Under the pieces are notes generated by a model. That model searched no databases. It worked only from the letters and a program-made list of their open reading frames with translations, and was not told where the DNA came from. From Candidatus Eremiobacteria bacterium (GTDB lineage Bacteria > Vulcanimicrobiota > Vulcanimicrobiia > Vulcanimicrobiales > Vulcanimicrobiaceae): DNA of 64,000 nt. The DNA is taken from NCBI GenBank assembly GCA_963737065.1, contig CAVTRC010000001.1, positions 2,433,064 through 2,497,063 of the forward strand. The letters run 5' to 3'. Below are positions 1-9,896 of this stretch, piece by piece (the first letter of the stretch is position 1; each line of letters starts with the position of its first letter). The position numbers and the translations under genes were made by a program.

Positions 1-102
1 GGTTCCGTCCTCGACTTTTATCAGCCACACCTCGCCGCCGTCGGCCGCAATTCCGGGTCGCACTTTGTCGAGCGCTGCGTTGACGCGCTCTTCAACCGTC
101 AA
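1..102 (-). CDS. NifU/NfuA-like Fe-S cluster carrier domain protein (5' part; runs off window)
   Basis: Manual translation from TTG at 102 with AGGAG SD: MTVEERVNAALDKVRPGIAADGGEVWLIKVEDG, matching the NifU C-terminal domain 'VRPxLxxDGGDV' pattern. Confidence 0.8.
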   Translation of the reverse strand, partial: MTVEERVNAALDKVRPGIAADGGEVWLIKVEDGT

Positions 103-103
103 A

Positions 104-1030
104 TTATTGCTCCTGACCGTAGCCCTTCATGAGATCGTGCATGCGCGACGCTATGTCGAGCGCGCTGTCCCACGTGCGCTGCCACATGTTTCGTCCGAAG
201 ATCAGACCCGTGCAGCCGGCTTCCATTGCGGCGCGCGCCTTTTGGATCGTTGCGTCGTCACCCATCTTGCTGCCGCCGGAGACCAGCACGAGCGTACGTC
301 CCGCCGACTTGACGACTTTTTGCAGCCCTTCGACATCATTGTACTCGAGCGTATTATAGGGCTTCGGCAGCGCCGACGCTTTCTCAGACTCCCACTTCGG
401 TTCGTTCAGTTTCACGATGTCGCATCCGATTTCGCAGGCGACGCGCGCCGCGTAGTCCACGGCGTAGAGCGAATCGATTCCGCCCTTCGCTTTGATCGCC
501 GCGCCGCGCGGATACGCCCAGATTACGAGGGGCATTCCATAGCGTTCGCATTCGCGACGCACGTCGTTTGCCTGCGCGATGTCAAGGTCTTGCGCCGGGC
601 TTCCGACGTAGAGCGTATATCCGACGGCATCCGCACCGAGACGCACGGCATCTTCCACCGACGACGTTAGCGGGCTGAACGCGTCGTCGTCGTTCGGGAC
701 GTTCGTTTTCCCGTTGATCTTCAAGAGCAGCGGAACGCGCCCGGCGTACTGCTTCTGATACTTTTCCGCAAGGCCGACGTGAAGCGCGATGCCGGAAAAA
801 TTGCCCTCGACCGCGAGGCGATAGATCCAGTCGGTATCGATCGAATCGGGGTTGTCGAAAAAGTCGACCGGCCCGTGTTCGAGGCCTTGGTCGATAGGCA
901 GCATCATCAGCGTACCGTTGGCCGGTCCGTGTTCGTACATCAACCGGTGCAAACGCGTGCGTTTGCCGATCGAGAGGTTCATCTGATCGAACGTCGGACG
1001 CCGCACCGCGGCGGTCAATGTCGTGCTCAT
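104..1030 (-). CDS. Class I fructose-bisphosphate aldolase (DhnA/FbaB type)
   Basis: DQGLEHGP, DAVGYTLYVGS, MPLVIWAYPRG, GCDIVK, GRNMWQR motifs; ATG at 1030 with GAGGT SD. Confidence 0.9.
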   Translation of the reverse strand: MSTTLTAAVRRPTFDQMNLSIGKRTRLHRLMYEHGPANGTLMMLPIDQGLEHGPVDFFDNPDSIDTDWIYRLAVEGNFSGIALHVGLAEKYQKQYAGRVPLLLKINGKTNVPNDDDAFSPLTSSVEDAVRLGADAVGYTLYVGSPAQDLDIAQANDVRRECERYGMPLVIWAYPRGAAIKAKGGIDSLYAVDYAARVACEIGCDIVKLNEPKWESEKASALPKPYNTLEYNDVEGLQKVVKSAGRTLVLVSGGSKMGDDATIQKARAAMEAGCTGLIFGRNMWQRTWDSALDIASRMHDLMKGYGQEQ

Positions 1031-1082
1031 GACCTCGCGGCTTCGGCCAGGACCAGGGCCGTGCCTGTATAAACTCGGGCGC

Positions 1083-1979
1083 GTGAGCGCTACGCCAAAC
1101 GTTGGATTCATCGGCTTGGGTGCGATGGGCGAGCCGATGGCTATGTCGCTCCTGCGCGCCGGTTTTCCAGTCACAGCAGCGGCACATCGCCGGAAAGAGC
1201 CGCTCGAACGCTTGGCGTCCGCCGGCGCCGCTACAGCAGCGGATCCCGCCGCGGTCGCGGCCGCAAGTAACGTCGTCATTCTCTGCGTGCCCGATGCACC
1301 GGACGTCGAGGAGTCGCTCTTCGGTGAACGCGGCGTCGTGCACGGCCTGCGCGATGATTGCGTCGTGATCGATATGTCGACGATCTCGCCGATCGCTTCA
1401 AAAACATTTTCGCAACGGTTACGCGAGCGCGGCGTGCATTTCGTCGATGCACCGGTGAGCGGCGGACCGGCGCGTGCGAAGGAAGGGACGTTGACGATCA
1501 TGGCCGGCGCGGAACACCCGGTGTTCGAGCGAGTCGAACCGGTATTGCGCGCAATGGGTACTCCGTATTATCTCGGCGGCGTCGGCATGGGTGAAACGGT
1601 CAAGCTCGTGAACCAAATCATCATCGCGAGCGTGATGATCGCCAACGCCGAAGCGTTGGTGTTCGCACGGAAAGCGGGAGCGAATCTGGAGTCGGTCCGA
1701 AAAGTTATCGCGACCGCGACGGGATCGAACTACGTTCTAGACCAATGGCTACCAAAGACCTGGTTTGCCGGGAGCTTCGAAGGCGGCTTCGCTATGGATC
1801 TGCTGCGCAAAGACGTGGCAGCCGCGCTCGATGCAGCGCGCGCAATGGGCTATGCGATGCCGGCAACGGGCCTTGCCTATCAACTCTATACCGCTCGATC
1901 GGCAGAAGGAGATGGCGCACTGGATTACAGTGCGATCGCCAAATCGTATGAACGGATCGCTGGAGACGAAGTCCTCTAG
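1083..1979 (+). CDS. NAD(P)-dependent beta-hydroxyacid dehydrogenase (3-hydroxyisobutyrate dehydrogenase/tartronate semialdehyde reductase family)
   Basis: GFIGLGAMG Rossmann motif, DAPVSGG, KLVNQ, KDV. Confidence 0.9.
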   Translation: MSATPNVGFIGLGAMGEPMAMSLLRAGFPVTAAAHRRKEPLERLASAGAATAADPAAVAAASNVVILCVPDAPDVEESLFGERGVVHGLRDDCVVIDMSTISPIASKTFSQRLRERGVHFVDAPVSGGPARAKEGTLTIMAGAEHPVFERVEPVLRAMGTPYYLGGVGMGETVKLVNQIIIASVMIANAEALVFARKAGANLESVRKVIATATGSNYVLDQWLPKTWFAGSFEGGFAMDLLRKDVAAALDAARAMGYAMPATGLAYQLYTARSAEGDGALDYSAIAKSYERIAGDEVL

Positions 1980-2688
1980 GGGCACGTTCGTCAAAAGCCC
2001 GGACTTCAACAAGAAGATCCTGGTTGTTGACGACGAGTCGGCAATTCTACAAACGCTGCGCTTCAACTTAGAGCGCAGCGGTTACACCGTCGTGACGGCA
2101 AGCGACGGACGCAGTGCGGTCGCGATGGCCCAGCGCGAATCGCCCGACTTGATCGTGCTCGACATCATGCTGCCCGTACTTGACGGTGTCGAAGCGTGCA
2201 AGGAGATCCGGAAGTTCAGCTCGGTCCCGATCATCATGTTGACGGCGAAGGATCAGGAGATCGACAAAGTGCTCGCACTCGAGCTCGGCGCCGACGACTA
2301 CGTCACAAAGCCGTTCGCACTTCACGAGTTCCTCGCGCGGGTCAAGGCACGGCTGCGCCGTCAGGCGCCGATTCAAGGCGGTCACGAAGAAGCGATCTCG
2401 CTCGGCGATATCGTGCTCGATCCGTCGCGCCAGCAGCTGACGGTACGCGGCAAAGGCGTGTCGCTCGCGCCGAAAGAGTTCGCATTGCTGCGCGTGCTGA
2501 TGGAGAACAACGGCCGCGTCGTGACGCGTCAAACGCTTCTTGACAAAGTCTGGGGCTACGACTTCGAAGGCGAGCAGCAAACCGTCAGCGTGCACATTCG
2601 GTGGCTGCGCGAAAAGATCGAACAGGACTCGCGCAACCCGCGACACATCATCACCGTGCGCTCACGCGGATACATGTTCAAGGCGTAG
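1948..2688 (+). CDS. OmpR/PhoB-family response regulator (probable PhoB/PhoP)
   Basis: ILVVDDE, LDIMLP, GADDYVTKPF, winged-helix VHIRWLREKIE...TVRSRGY; context with pstB; start uncertain. Confidence 0.9.
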   Translation: MNGSLETKSSRGTFVKSPDFNKKILVVDDESAILQTLRFNLERSGYTVVTASDGRSAVAMAQRESPDLIVLDIMLPVLDGVEACKEIRKFSSVPIIMLTAKDQEIDKVLALELGADDYVTKPFALHEFLARVKARLRRQAPIQGGHEEAISLGDIVLDPSRQQLTVRGKGVSLAPKEFALLRVLMENNGRVVTRQTLLDKVWGYDFEGEQQTVSVHIRWLREKIEQDSRNPRHIITVRSRGYMFKA

Positions 2689-2704
2689 GGCGGAGCGTCG
2701 CCAC

Positions 2705-3886
2705 GTGGTTGACACGGCCTCGGTCATCGGACTCCTCATCGTTGCGGCGGCGCTTGGAAGCGTCGCCGGTTTCTTATATGGACGCCTCCGTAACGCCGGC
2801 GATACCGCGCTTGCCGTCGAACAGACGGCGCCGCAAGAAGCGCCCGGTTCCGACAACGACTTCGCGCGCCTCGTGCGCGCGCTACCCCTCGGAGTCGTGT
2901 TCGTCGATGCGAGGGCGCGGGTTCGCTTCGCGAATCCGGCGGCCGGAATCATCTTCGGCTTCGATCCTGAGCGCGCGATCGGTGGTCACGTGATTGCGTC
3001 GATTCCAAACGTCGAATTGGAGCGGCGCATCGCCGACGCGCTGCGCGGCGAAGCGTCGGTTGCACCGATGACGTTCTCCACAGCCGAGCGGCGCAGCACC
3101 TACGGGCTTTACGTATATCCGTTGAGCGATCACGACCGCACGCACGGCGTCGTCGTCTTTGCGGACGATCAAACCGAAATCGCGCGTCTCGAACGTGCGC
3201 GTAAAGAATTCCTCACCAACGTTTCGCACGAGTTGCGCACGCCGCTGTCGTCGATCAAGCTCATGTTGGAAACGGTGGTCGAGTCACCGGACGATGAAGC
3301 CGCCGACATTTTTTTGCCGCAAGTGCTCGGACAAGTAGACCGCCTTGCCGCACTCGTCGGACAACTTCTCGAACAGGCACGCGCCGAATCCGGACAGCTC
3401 AAGCTAAATTTGCGCGACGTCGAGCTGGAAGACGTCGCGCGTCAGATCGTTGCGACGTTCGAACCGCAAGCATCGCACAAGGGCGTTCGTTTGCAGTTGC
3501 ACGCGATGCGGCCCGTTCGGGTGGAGGCTGACCCGGATCGCCTCGCGCAAGTCTGCGTTAACGTGATCGACAACGCGCTGCGCCATACGCCGAGCGGCGG
3601 CAGCGTTACGGTCGAGCTCGACGCGAGCGGAAACGATGCGATCATGCGCGTTCGCGACACGGGCGTCGGAATACCATACCGCGATCTGCCGCACATCTTC
3701 GAGCGCTTCTACGTCGTGGATCGCTCGCGTACGCGCGAAAGCGGCGGCGCCGGCCTCGGACTCGCAATCGTCAAAGGCATTGTCGAGGCGCACGGCGGAA
3801 CGGTCTCGGCCGAATCGATGCTCGGTTCGGGAACGGTCTTCACGATTCGATTACCGATCATGCGAACGGTCCCACGTAAAGCGTAA
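2705..3886 (+). CDS. PhoR-like sensor histidine kinase (TM, PAS, HisKA, HATPase)
   Basis: NVSHELRTPL H-box, NVIDNALRHT N-box, DTGVGI, FERFY, GGAGLGLAI. Confidence 0.9.
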   Translation: MVDTASVIGLLIVAAALGSVAGFLYGRLRNAGDTALAVEQTAPQEAPGSDNDFARLVRALPLGVVFVDARARVRFANPAAGIIFGFDPERAIGGHVIASIPNVELERRIADALRGEASVAPMTFSTAERRSTYGLYVYPLSDHDRTHGVVVFADDQTEIARLERARKEFLTNVSHELRTPLSSIKLMLETVVESPDDEAADIFLPQVLGQVDRLAALVGQLLEQARAESGQLKLNLRDVELEDVARQIVATFEPQASHKGVRLQLHAMRPVRVEADPDRLAQVCVNVIDNALRHTPSGGSVTVELDASGNDAIMRVRDTGVGIPYRDLPHIFERFYVVDRSRTRESGGAGLGLAIVKGIVEAHGGTVSAESMLGSGTVFTIRLPIMRTVPRKA

Positions 3887-3917
3887 CGACGAATATTGTT
3901 TGTTGAGCCCACGTATA

Positions 3918-3944
3918 CCTTAATACGCCTTAATCTGTAGTTAT
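3918..3944 (+). promoter_or_regulatory. Candidate Pho-box-like direct repeats upstream of pstB
   Basis: TTAA at 3920 and 3930, TTAT at 3941; shares CGCCTTAATCT with the porin upstream region. Confidence 0.5.
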
Positions 3945-4004
3945 GTTTGCGCGCGGAGGATACCGTAGGAGCTGCACCGCCTCGCGGGAACTCATACGGC
4001 GCCG

Positions 4005-4796
4005 ATGATCGTTACGAATCGCGACGAAACGAGTGCCCCTGCGGCAACGAAACTCGAAACCAAAGATCTGCAGGTGTACTACGGCAAGTTTCATGCAATC
4101 AAAAATGCCGACTTGAGCGTCGGCGAGCATAGCGTCATGGCGCTGATCGGTCCATCAGGTTGCGGGAAGTCGACGTTTCTGCGTGCGCTCAATCGCATGC
4201 ACGACCTTACGCCGGATGCGCGCGTGGAAGGCCACGTGCTCTTGGATGGAACGGACATCTACGCAAACGATATCGACCCCGTCACGATCCGGCATCGAAT
4301 CGGCATGGTGTTTCAGCGGCCGAATCCTTTCCCGAAGACGATCTACGAAAACGTCGTGTACGGCCCGAAGATTCACGGAGTGCGCAACCGCAAGACGCTG
4401 ATGGAGATCTGCGAGCGCAGTCTGCGCGGTGCGGCGTTGTGGGATGAAGTGAAGGATCGGCTCGATCGCAGCGCGATCGATTTGTCGGGGGGCCAGCAGC
4501 AACGCCTGTGCATTGCGCGGTGCCTTGCCGTCGATCCAGAAGTCATTCTCATGGACGAACCTGCCTCCGCGCTCGATCCGATTGCCACGAGCAAGATCGA
4601 AGACTTGATCGACGAACTGAAAAAGGCGTACACCGTTGTAATCGTCACGCATTCGATGCAGCAGGCCGCGCGCATCAGCGATTTCACGACGTTCTTTCTG
4701 ATGGGCGAATTGATCGAATCGGCGCCGACGAAGGCAATCTTCACGACGCCGCACGACAAGCGGACCGAGGACTACATAACCGGCCGATACGGCTAG
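4005..4796 (+). CDS. pstB: Phosphate ABC transporter ATP-binding protein
   Basis: [50 protein letters not shown]. Confidence 0.95.
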   Translation: MIVTNRDETSAPAATKLETKDLQVYYGKFHAIKNADLSVGEHSVMALIGPSGCGKSTFLRALNRMHDLTPDARVEGHVLLDGTDIYANDIDPVTIRHRIGMVFQRPNPFPKTIYENVVYGPKIHGVRNRKTLMEICERSLRGAALWDEVKDRLDRSAIDLSGGQQQRLCIARCLAVDPEVILMDEPASALDPIATSKIEDLIDELKKAYTVVIVTHSMQQAARISDFTTFFLMGELIESAPTKAIFTTPHDKRTEDYITGRYG

Positions 4797-4884
4797 GGCG
4801 TCCTTGCGCTAGCAACGAAGCGCTATCCCGGTACATAAAAGCGGCAAAAATAGGGGCAAATGCGCGTGGAATTGAGAACGTCAA

Positions 4885-4914
4885 CTTAAGACGATGTTAA
4901 ATGCGCCTTAATCT
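4885..4914 (+). promoter_or_regulatory. Candidate Pho-box-like direct repeats (11-bp period) upstream of porin
   Basis: TTAA at 4886, 4897, 4908 (exact 11-bp spacing). Confidence 0.55.
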
Positions 4915-4974
4915 ACTGACGGTAGCATTGGGCCGAGACCTCCTGACCCCGTTTTCGTAAGGAGATTCTTTTAC

Positions 4975-6573
4975 GTGTTTACCAAACTCGCGCGCATCGG
5001 CGTAGTCCTCGCGGCGATCGTTTTGGCGGGCACTTCATTTGCGCTGGCGGAAACAACGGCAACACCAGCGTCGACGAAGGTTGCGCAGGCATCCCCTGAG
5101 CCCAGCTCCTCGCCGAATCCGTTCAGCTATCGCGGCTACGTTCGTGCGTTTGACTTTACGCGCCAAAACGCATATGGCGGTCACTCAGCGGTGAACCAGC
5201 AATCGTTCAACGCGGCGATCAGCCTCCACGGTGATTATCAATTCCTCGGCAGCGGCTTCGATATCGGTGCTTCGTACCTTTACGCGAACCCGCTGAGCAA
5301 CTGCGTATCGGCGGTTTCGCACCTCTCGCCGCCGTGCGGCGCGAACAAGGCTCCGGACTTGAACCCGGACGACACGCTTCCGGGCTACGAACTCAATACG
5401 CTCTATGAAGCGTACGCGCAATTCAAAGCGACGAATTTCACGATTAAGGCCGGCCAAATGGTGCCGCCCGCCGATCTCGTGTGGACGCCGGCCGGTGATT
5501 CGCGCCTCAAACCGTCCGCATATCGCGGCGGATACGCGACGTTCGCTGTGAACAGCGAGTTCTCGCTCGAGGTCGGTGACTGGTACCAATGGGAAGCGCG
5601 CAATCTTTCCGACTTCAATAACTACACGCTGCTTACCGACAATCCGGCGTTCCCATATCCGGGTGCGGTCGGTCTTTCGGGGCTCTATTTCGATCCGGCG
5701 AGAGCGGGACTTTCGAATGGCGGCGTGTATTTCGGCCGCATCGGTTATACCGGCCCGAAGAGCGCTCCGCTGACCGCGGGTGTTTCGTTTTACGGTTTCA
5801 ACCAAATCGCGAATGCGGTATGGGTCGATGCCCGGTATGCGTTGCCAGTCGCTGCCAAGTTGAAACCGTACCTTGCGTTCCAGTTCGGAAATGAAACGAA
5901 TCCCAGTAGCGGTTTTCTCGGGAAGATCGCTTCAACGGTCGTCGGTTTGCAAGGCGGCGTCAACGTCGTTCCAAACGTGCAGCTCGTCGTCGCCGGGGAC
6001 TACCTTCCGACGAAGACCGACACGCTCTCCGCTGCACAAATGGCATCGGGCGGTGTTATCTGCAATGCCACGCACACCGTGGCGCTCGCGCCCGGCGCGA
6101 AACCGAATCACGTGAATTTCCCGTATTTCCTTCCGACCGGCGGTACGGGCAACTGCGCGCCGAACGCGGACGGTTCCACGAACATCTACTACGGTGGATG
6201 GGCGTCGCCATACACCGACTCGTTTGCCGCCGACGCGTTCTTCACGACGGAAATGACGCAGGGCATGGTCGATCGTCGCAGTCCCGGGACGTCGGCGAAA
6301 GCGCAGCTCACGTACACGTCGAGCGATAAGCGTCTCGTCGCATTCGTCAACCACGGCTGGTACGATTACAACAACGGCGCATACGACAACGGGACGCAAG
6401 AAACGGACTTCGACGCAACGTATTTCTTCAATCACGTTCCGAAGTCGGGCCCGTACAAGGGCTTCTCGTTCCGCTACCGTTACGGTGAGCGCGACTCGTC
6501 GCCGACCTTCAAGGGCGGTTCGCCGGTTGGACTGTTCAAGTACAACCGATTCCAGGCGGAGTACGACTTCTAG
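4975..6573 (+). CDS. Putative outer-membrane beta-barrel porin
   Basis: Signal peptide, aromatic/Gly-rich alternating strands, C-terminal RFQAEYDF beta-signal; AAGGAG SD. Confidence 0.7.
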   Translation: MFTKLARIGVVLAAIVLAGTSFALAETTATPASTKVAQASPEPSSSPNPFSYRGYVRAFDFTRQNAYGGHSAVNQQSFNAAISLHGDYQFLGSGFDIGASYLYANPLSNCVSAVSHLSPPCGANKAPDLNPDDTLPGYELNTLYEAYAQFKATNFTIKAGQMVPPADLVWTPAGDSRLKPSAYRGGYATFAVNSEFSLEVGDWYQWEARNLSDFNNYTLLTDNPAFPYPGAVGLSGLYFDPARAGLSNGGVYFGRIGYTGPKSAPLTAGVSFYGFNQIANAVWVDARYALPVAAKLKPYLAFQFGNETNPSSGFLGKIASTVVGLQGGVNVVPNVQLVVAGDYLPTKTDTLSAAQMASGGVICNATHTVALAPGAKPNHVNFPYFLPTGGTGNCAPNADGSTNIYYGGWASPYTDSFAADAFFTTEMTQGMVDRRSPGTSAKAQLTYTSSDKRLVAFVNHGWYDYNNGAYDNGTQETDFDATYFFNHVPKSGPYKGFSFRYRYGERDSSPTFKGGSPVGLFKYNRFQAEYDF

Positions 6574-6595
6574 TACTTGCTGATCGCAAAGCAAC

Positions 6596-6634
6596 AAAAG
6601 GGGCCCGCGTCATCATAAAAGGCGCGGGCTCTTT
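6596..6634 (+). terminator. Rho-independent terminator-like hairpin
   Basis: GGGCCCGCGTC / GGCGCGGGCTC stem flanked by A- and T-runs. Confidence 0.6.
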
Positions 6635-6658
6635 CGCGTGCAATAGTTTGTCCCCGAC

Positions 6659-7717
6659 ATGCCATCGACGATGAAAGCGCTCTCAAAGCTCGCTCCGGAG
6701 CCCGGCTTCGTGTTGCACGACGTTGCGGTTCCGCAGATCGGCGCGACCGACGTGTTGATCCGTGTAGAAAAAGCCGGCGTATGCGGCACCGACGCGCACA
6801 TTTACGGTTGGGACAATTGGGCGCAGCATCGCGTGCATCCGCCGCTCGTGATCGGTCATGAATTCATGGGAACCGTTGAAGACGTCGGCGCGGCCGTTCG
6901 CTCGGTGAAGCGGGGCGACCGCGTTTCGGCGGAGGGACACATCGCCGACCTTACGTGCGTGCTTTGCCGCACGGGCCAAGCGCACATCTGCGAACATGTA
7001 AAGATCATCGGGGTCGATCGCGACGGCGCGTTCGCCGAGTACATTGCGATGCCCGAATACAATGTGTGGAAGCTGGATCGCGCGATCTCAGATGAGTTTG
7101 CGGCCGTCTTCGATCCGCTCGGAAACGCCGTGCACACCGTCATGACGGCGGGCGTAAGCACGAAGAGCGTCGTCATAACGGGCGTCGGCTCGATCGGACT
7201 GATGGCGATTCCCGTAGCGCGCGCGGCGGGCGCGGCGACGGTGTATGCGATCGACGTGAATCCCGCGAAGTTACAGCTCGCAAAGCGTCTGGGTGCCGAT
7301 GAAACGTTTGACGCGCGCGCGCCGGGGCTCGTCGATGAAATCAAAGCGCGAACCAACGGCGACGGCGTCGAAGTGCTGCTCGAGATGTCGGGCAGCGGTT
7401 CGGCGATCGATATGGGTTTGCAAATGGTTCGCAACGGCGGGACCGCCGCGCTGCTCGGTATTCCCAGTGATTCGGTCAATATCAACCTCGCGGAGGGCAT
7501 CATCTTCAAGGGATTGACCGTGCTCGGCATCAACGGTCGCAAGATGTTCGAAACGTGGTATCAGACGCAAGCGCTCGTCAAGAGCGGACGCGTGGATTTG
7601 CGGCCGATCATCACGCACGTCTTGCCGTTTGCACAATTCGATCGCGCGTTCGAACTGATGCGCAGCGGCGAAGCGGCGAAAATCGTTCTCGACCTCAAGG
7701 GAGATTTGGCGAAGTGA
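6659..7717 (+). CDS. tdh: L-threonine 3-dehydrogenase
   Basis: CGTDAHIY, GHEFMG, SAEGHI, DPLGNAVHT, GINGRKMFETWY; adjacent kbl. Confidence 0.95.
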   Translation: MPSTMKALSKLAPEPGFVLHDVAVPQIGATDVLIRVEKAGVCGTDAHIYGWDNWAQHRVHPPLVIGHEFMGTVEDVGAAVRSVKRGDRVSAEGHIADLTCVLCRTGQAHICEHVKIIGVDRDGAFAEYIAMPEYNVWKLDRAISDEFAAVFDPLGNAVHTVMTAGVSTKSVVITGVGSIGLMAIPVARAAGAATVYAIDVNPAKLQLAKRLGADETFDARAPGLVDEIKARTNGDGVEVLLEMSGSGSAIDMGLQMVRNGGTAALLGIPSDSVNINLAEGIIFKGLTVLGINGRKMFETWYQTQALVKSGRVDLRPIITHVLPFAQFDRAFELMRSGEAAKIVLDLKGDLAK

Positions 7718-8907
7718 ATGCGACGTTCAAATCGCAACTCCAGTCCGAACTCGACGGCTTGAAACAAGCCGGCACGTACAAACATTTGCGTCACCTGACG
7801 ACGCCGATGGCGCCCGAAGTCCATATGGAAGAAGCGGGTGACGTGATCGTGCTCTCGAGCAACAATTACCTCGGCCTCTCAGACAACGCGGATGTCATCG
7901 AGGCGGGCATCGAAGGGCTACGCAAGTACGGCGCCGGCACGGCGTCCGTTCGGTTTATCTGTGGAACGTTCGACATCCACCGGACGCTCGAAGAGCGCAT
8001 TGCGAAGTTCCTTGCGACGGAAGCGTCGCTGAGCTACGTTGCGTGCTGGAATGCGAACACGGGGCTCTTCGCTACCATTTGCGGCGAAGGATCCGCGATT
8101 ATCTCCGACGAGCTCAATCACGCATCGATCATCGACGGCGTGCGCCTCGCAAGTAAAGCGAAGCGCGCGGTCTATAAGCACGGCGATATGGCGGATCTCG
8201 AAGCAAAGCTCAAAGAGTTGCAAGCCCTCTCGCCGATCCTCGTGGTGACGGACGGCGTCTTCTCGATGGAAGGCTCGATTGCGAAGCTTCCGGAGATCGT
8301 TGCATTGTGCAAACAATACAATGCCGTGAGCGTCGTCGACGATTCGCACGGTACCGGCGTCATGGGAAAGACCGGACGCGGCACGATCGAGCACTTCGGC
8401 CTCGAAGGACAGGTCGACATCATCACGGGCACGCTCGGCAAAGCGCTCGGTGGAGCCGCCGGCGGTTTTGTCGCGGGAAGCTCTGCGCTGATCGATATGC
8501 TGATCCAACGTTCTCGGCCGCAGCTTTTCTCGAACGCATTGCCCGCGACCGTCGCATGCAGTTCGCTCGCCGCGATCGACTATGTTGACGCTCACCCGGA
8601 TCTCGTTCAGCGACTGCGCGACAACGTTGCCTATTTCCGCGACGGCCTGACGCGCTTAGGATTCAAGCCGCTCGATGGGCCGAGTGCGATCGTGCCGATC
8701 ATCGTCGGCGAAACGGCATTTGCGATCGCGATGAGCGACAAGCTGCTCGAACACGGCGTTTTTGTGACGGGTTTCGGCTTCCCCGTTGTGCCGGAAGGCA
8801 CGGCTCGCATTCGCACGCAACTTTCTGCCGCATTAACGAAAGCGGAGATGGATCGCGCGCTTGCCGCATTCGAGTCGGTGGGGAAAGAGGTCGGTCTACT
8901 GAAATAG
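7714..8907 (+). CDS. kbl: Glycine C-acetyltransferase (2-amino-3-ketobutyrate CoA ligase)
   Basis: SNNYLGL, ASVRFICGT, SDELNHASIIDG, DDSHG, TLGKALGG; GTGA overlap with tdh. Confidence 0.95.
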   Translation: MNATFKSQLQSELDGLKQAGTYKHLRHLTTPMAPEVHMEEAGDVIVLSSNNYLGLSDNADVIEAGIEGLRKYGAGTASVRFICGTFDIHRTLEERIAKFLATEASLSYVACWNANTGLFATICGEGSAIISDELNHASIIDGVRLASKAKRAVYKHGDMADLEAKLKELQALSPILVVTDGVFSMEGSIAKLPEIVALCKQYNAVSVVDDSHGTGVMGKTGRGTIEHFGLEGQVDIITGTLGKALGGAAGGFVAGSSALIDMLIQRSRPQLFSNALPATVACSSLAAIDYVDAHPDLVQRLRDNVAYFRDGLTRLGFKPLDGPSAIVPIIVGETAFAIAMSDKLLEHGVFVTGFGFPVVPEGTARIRTQLSAALTKAEMDRALAAFESVGKEVGLLK

Positions 8908-8911
8908 CCGC

Positions 8912-9496
8912 ATGGCGAAATTGTATTTCCGGTACTCGGCGATGAACGCGGGAAAATCGACCGCACTTATCCAGGTCGCGCATAACTATGAAGAAAACGG
9001 TCGCCGCGTCGCACTCTACACGGCGGCCATCGATCACCGTTTCGGCGCCGGGGTGATCGCGTCGCGCATCGGCCCACGACGTGACGCGCGAACGTTTGAT
9101 GCTTCGCTCGACTTCTTCGACGAAATGTCAAAGATGCGCGACATTTCATGCGTCTTGGTCGACGAGTCGCAGTTCATGACGCCCGATCAAGTGCGTGAGG
9201 TTCATCGCGGCGCACATCTGCTCGATATTCCGGTAATCTGTTATGGGATCCGAACCGACTTTCTCGGCGACCCGTTCCCCGGCTCGATCTATCTGTCGGC
9301 GCTCGCGGACAGTATCGAAGAATTGAAGAACGTTTGTTCCTGTGGCCGCAAAGCAACGATGAATCCGCGCTTCGATCGCGGTGGCCGCCGAATTCGTTCC
9401 GGCGAGCAAGTCGCGATCGAAGGTAACGTCGAGTATCGTCCGATGTGCGCTCGCTGTTTTTACGATGACGATGGAGGAGCGAACAATGCGCCCTGA
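8912..9496 (+). CDS. tdk: Thymidine kinase
   Basis: YSAMNAGKST, VDESQF, YGIRTDF, CSCGRKA, C-terminal CARC. Confidence 0.95.
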   Translation: MAKLYFRYSAMNAGKSTALIQVAHNYEENGRRVALYTAAIDHRFGAGVIASRIGPRRDARTFDASLDFFDEMSKMRDISCVLVDESQFMTPDQVREVHRGAHLLDIPVICYGIRTDFLGDPFPGSIYLSALADSIEELKNVCSCGRKATMNPRFDRGGRRIRSGEQVAIEGNVEYRPMCARCFYDDDGGANNAP

Positions 9497-9875
9497 TGTG
9501 ATCGAGGTATCGGGAATTTCCAACGTATTGCGGGACGCGAAGGTACCGATTTCCGCTGCAATCCGGGCCAACGGCTTCGTCTTCGTTTCCGGCACGCCGC
9601 CGATCGACGTCGAACGCGGCGGGTTCGTCAAGGGTGACATCACCGTACAAGTCACGCAGTGCTTGCTCAACGTGCGCTACGTCCTCGAAGAAGCGGGCAC
9701 GTCGCTCGAAAAGATCTGCATGGTTCGCGTGTACGCGAAGTCGGAGCACTACAAGGCGATCAATGAGGTCTATGCAACGTTCTTCCCGTCGGAGCCGCCG
9801 GCGCGTACGTTCGTTCCCGTGGGCGATTGGCCGTTCGATTTCGACGTGGAAATCGATTGTGTCGCGCTCGCGTAG
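9486..9875 (+). CDS. RidA/YjgF family protein
   Basis: NEVYATFF, PPARTFV, VEIDCVA. Confidence 0.9.
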   Translation: MRPDVIEVSGISNVLRDAKVPISAAIRANGFVFVSGTPPIDVERGGFVKGDITVQVTQCLLNVRYVLEEAGTSLEKICMVRVYAKSEHYKAINEVYATFFPSEPPARTFVPVGDWPFDFDVEIDCVALA

Positions 9876-9896
9876 ACATACGGGATACCCCTCGCC

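Noticed and set aside
3943..4008. 21-codon u[24 protein letters not shown] overlapping the pstB ATG (ATGA)
   Set aside because: No SD, lies in the probable promoter region and could easily arise by chance; not supportable without conservation or ribosome profiling
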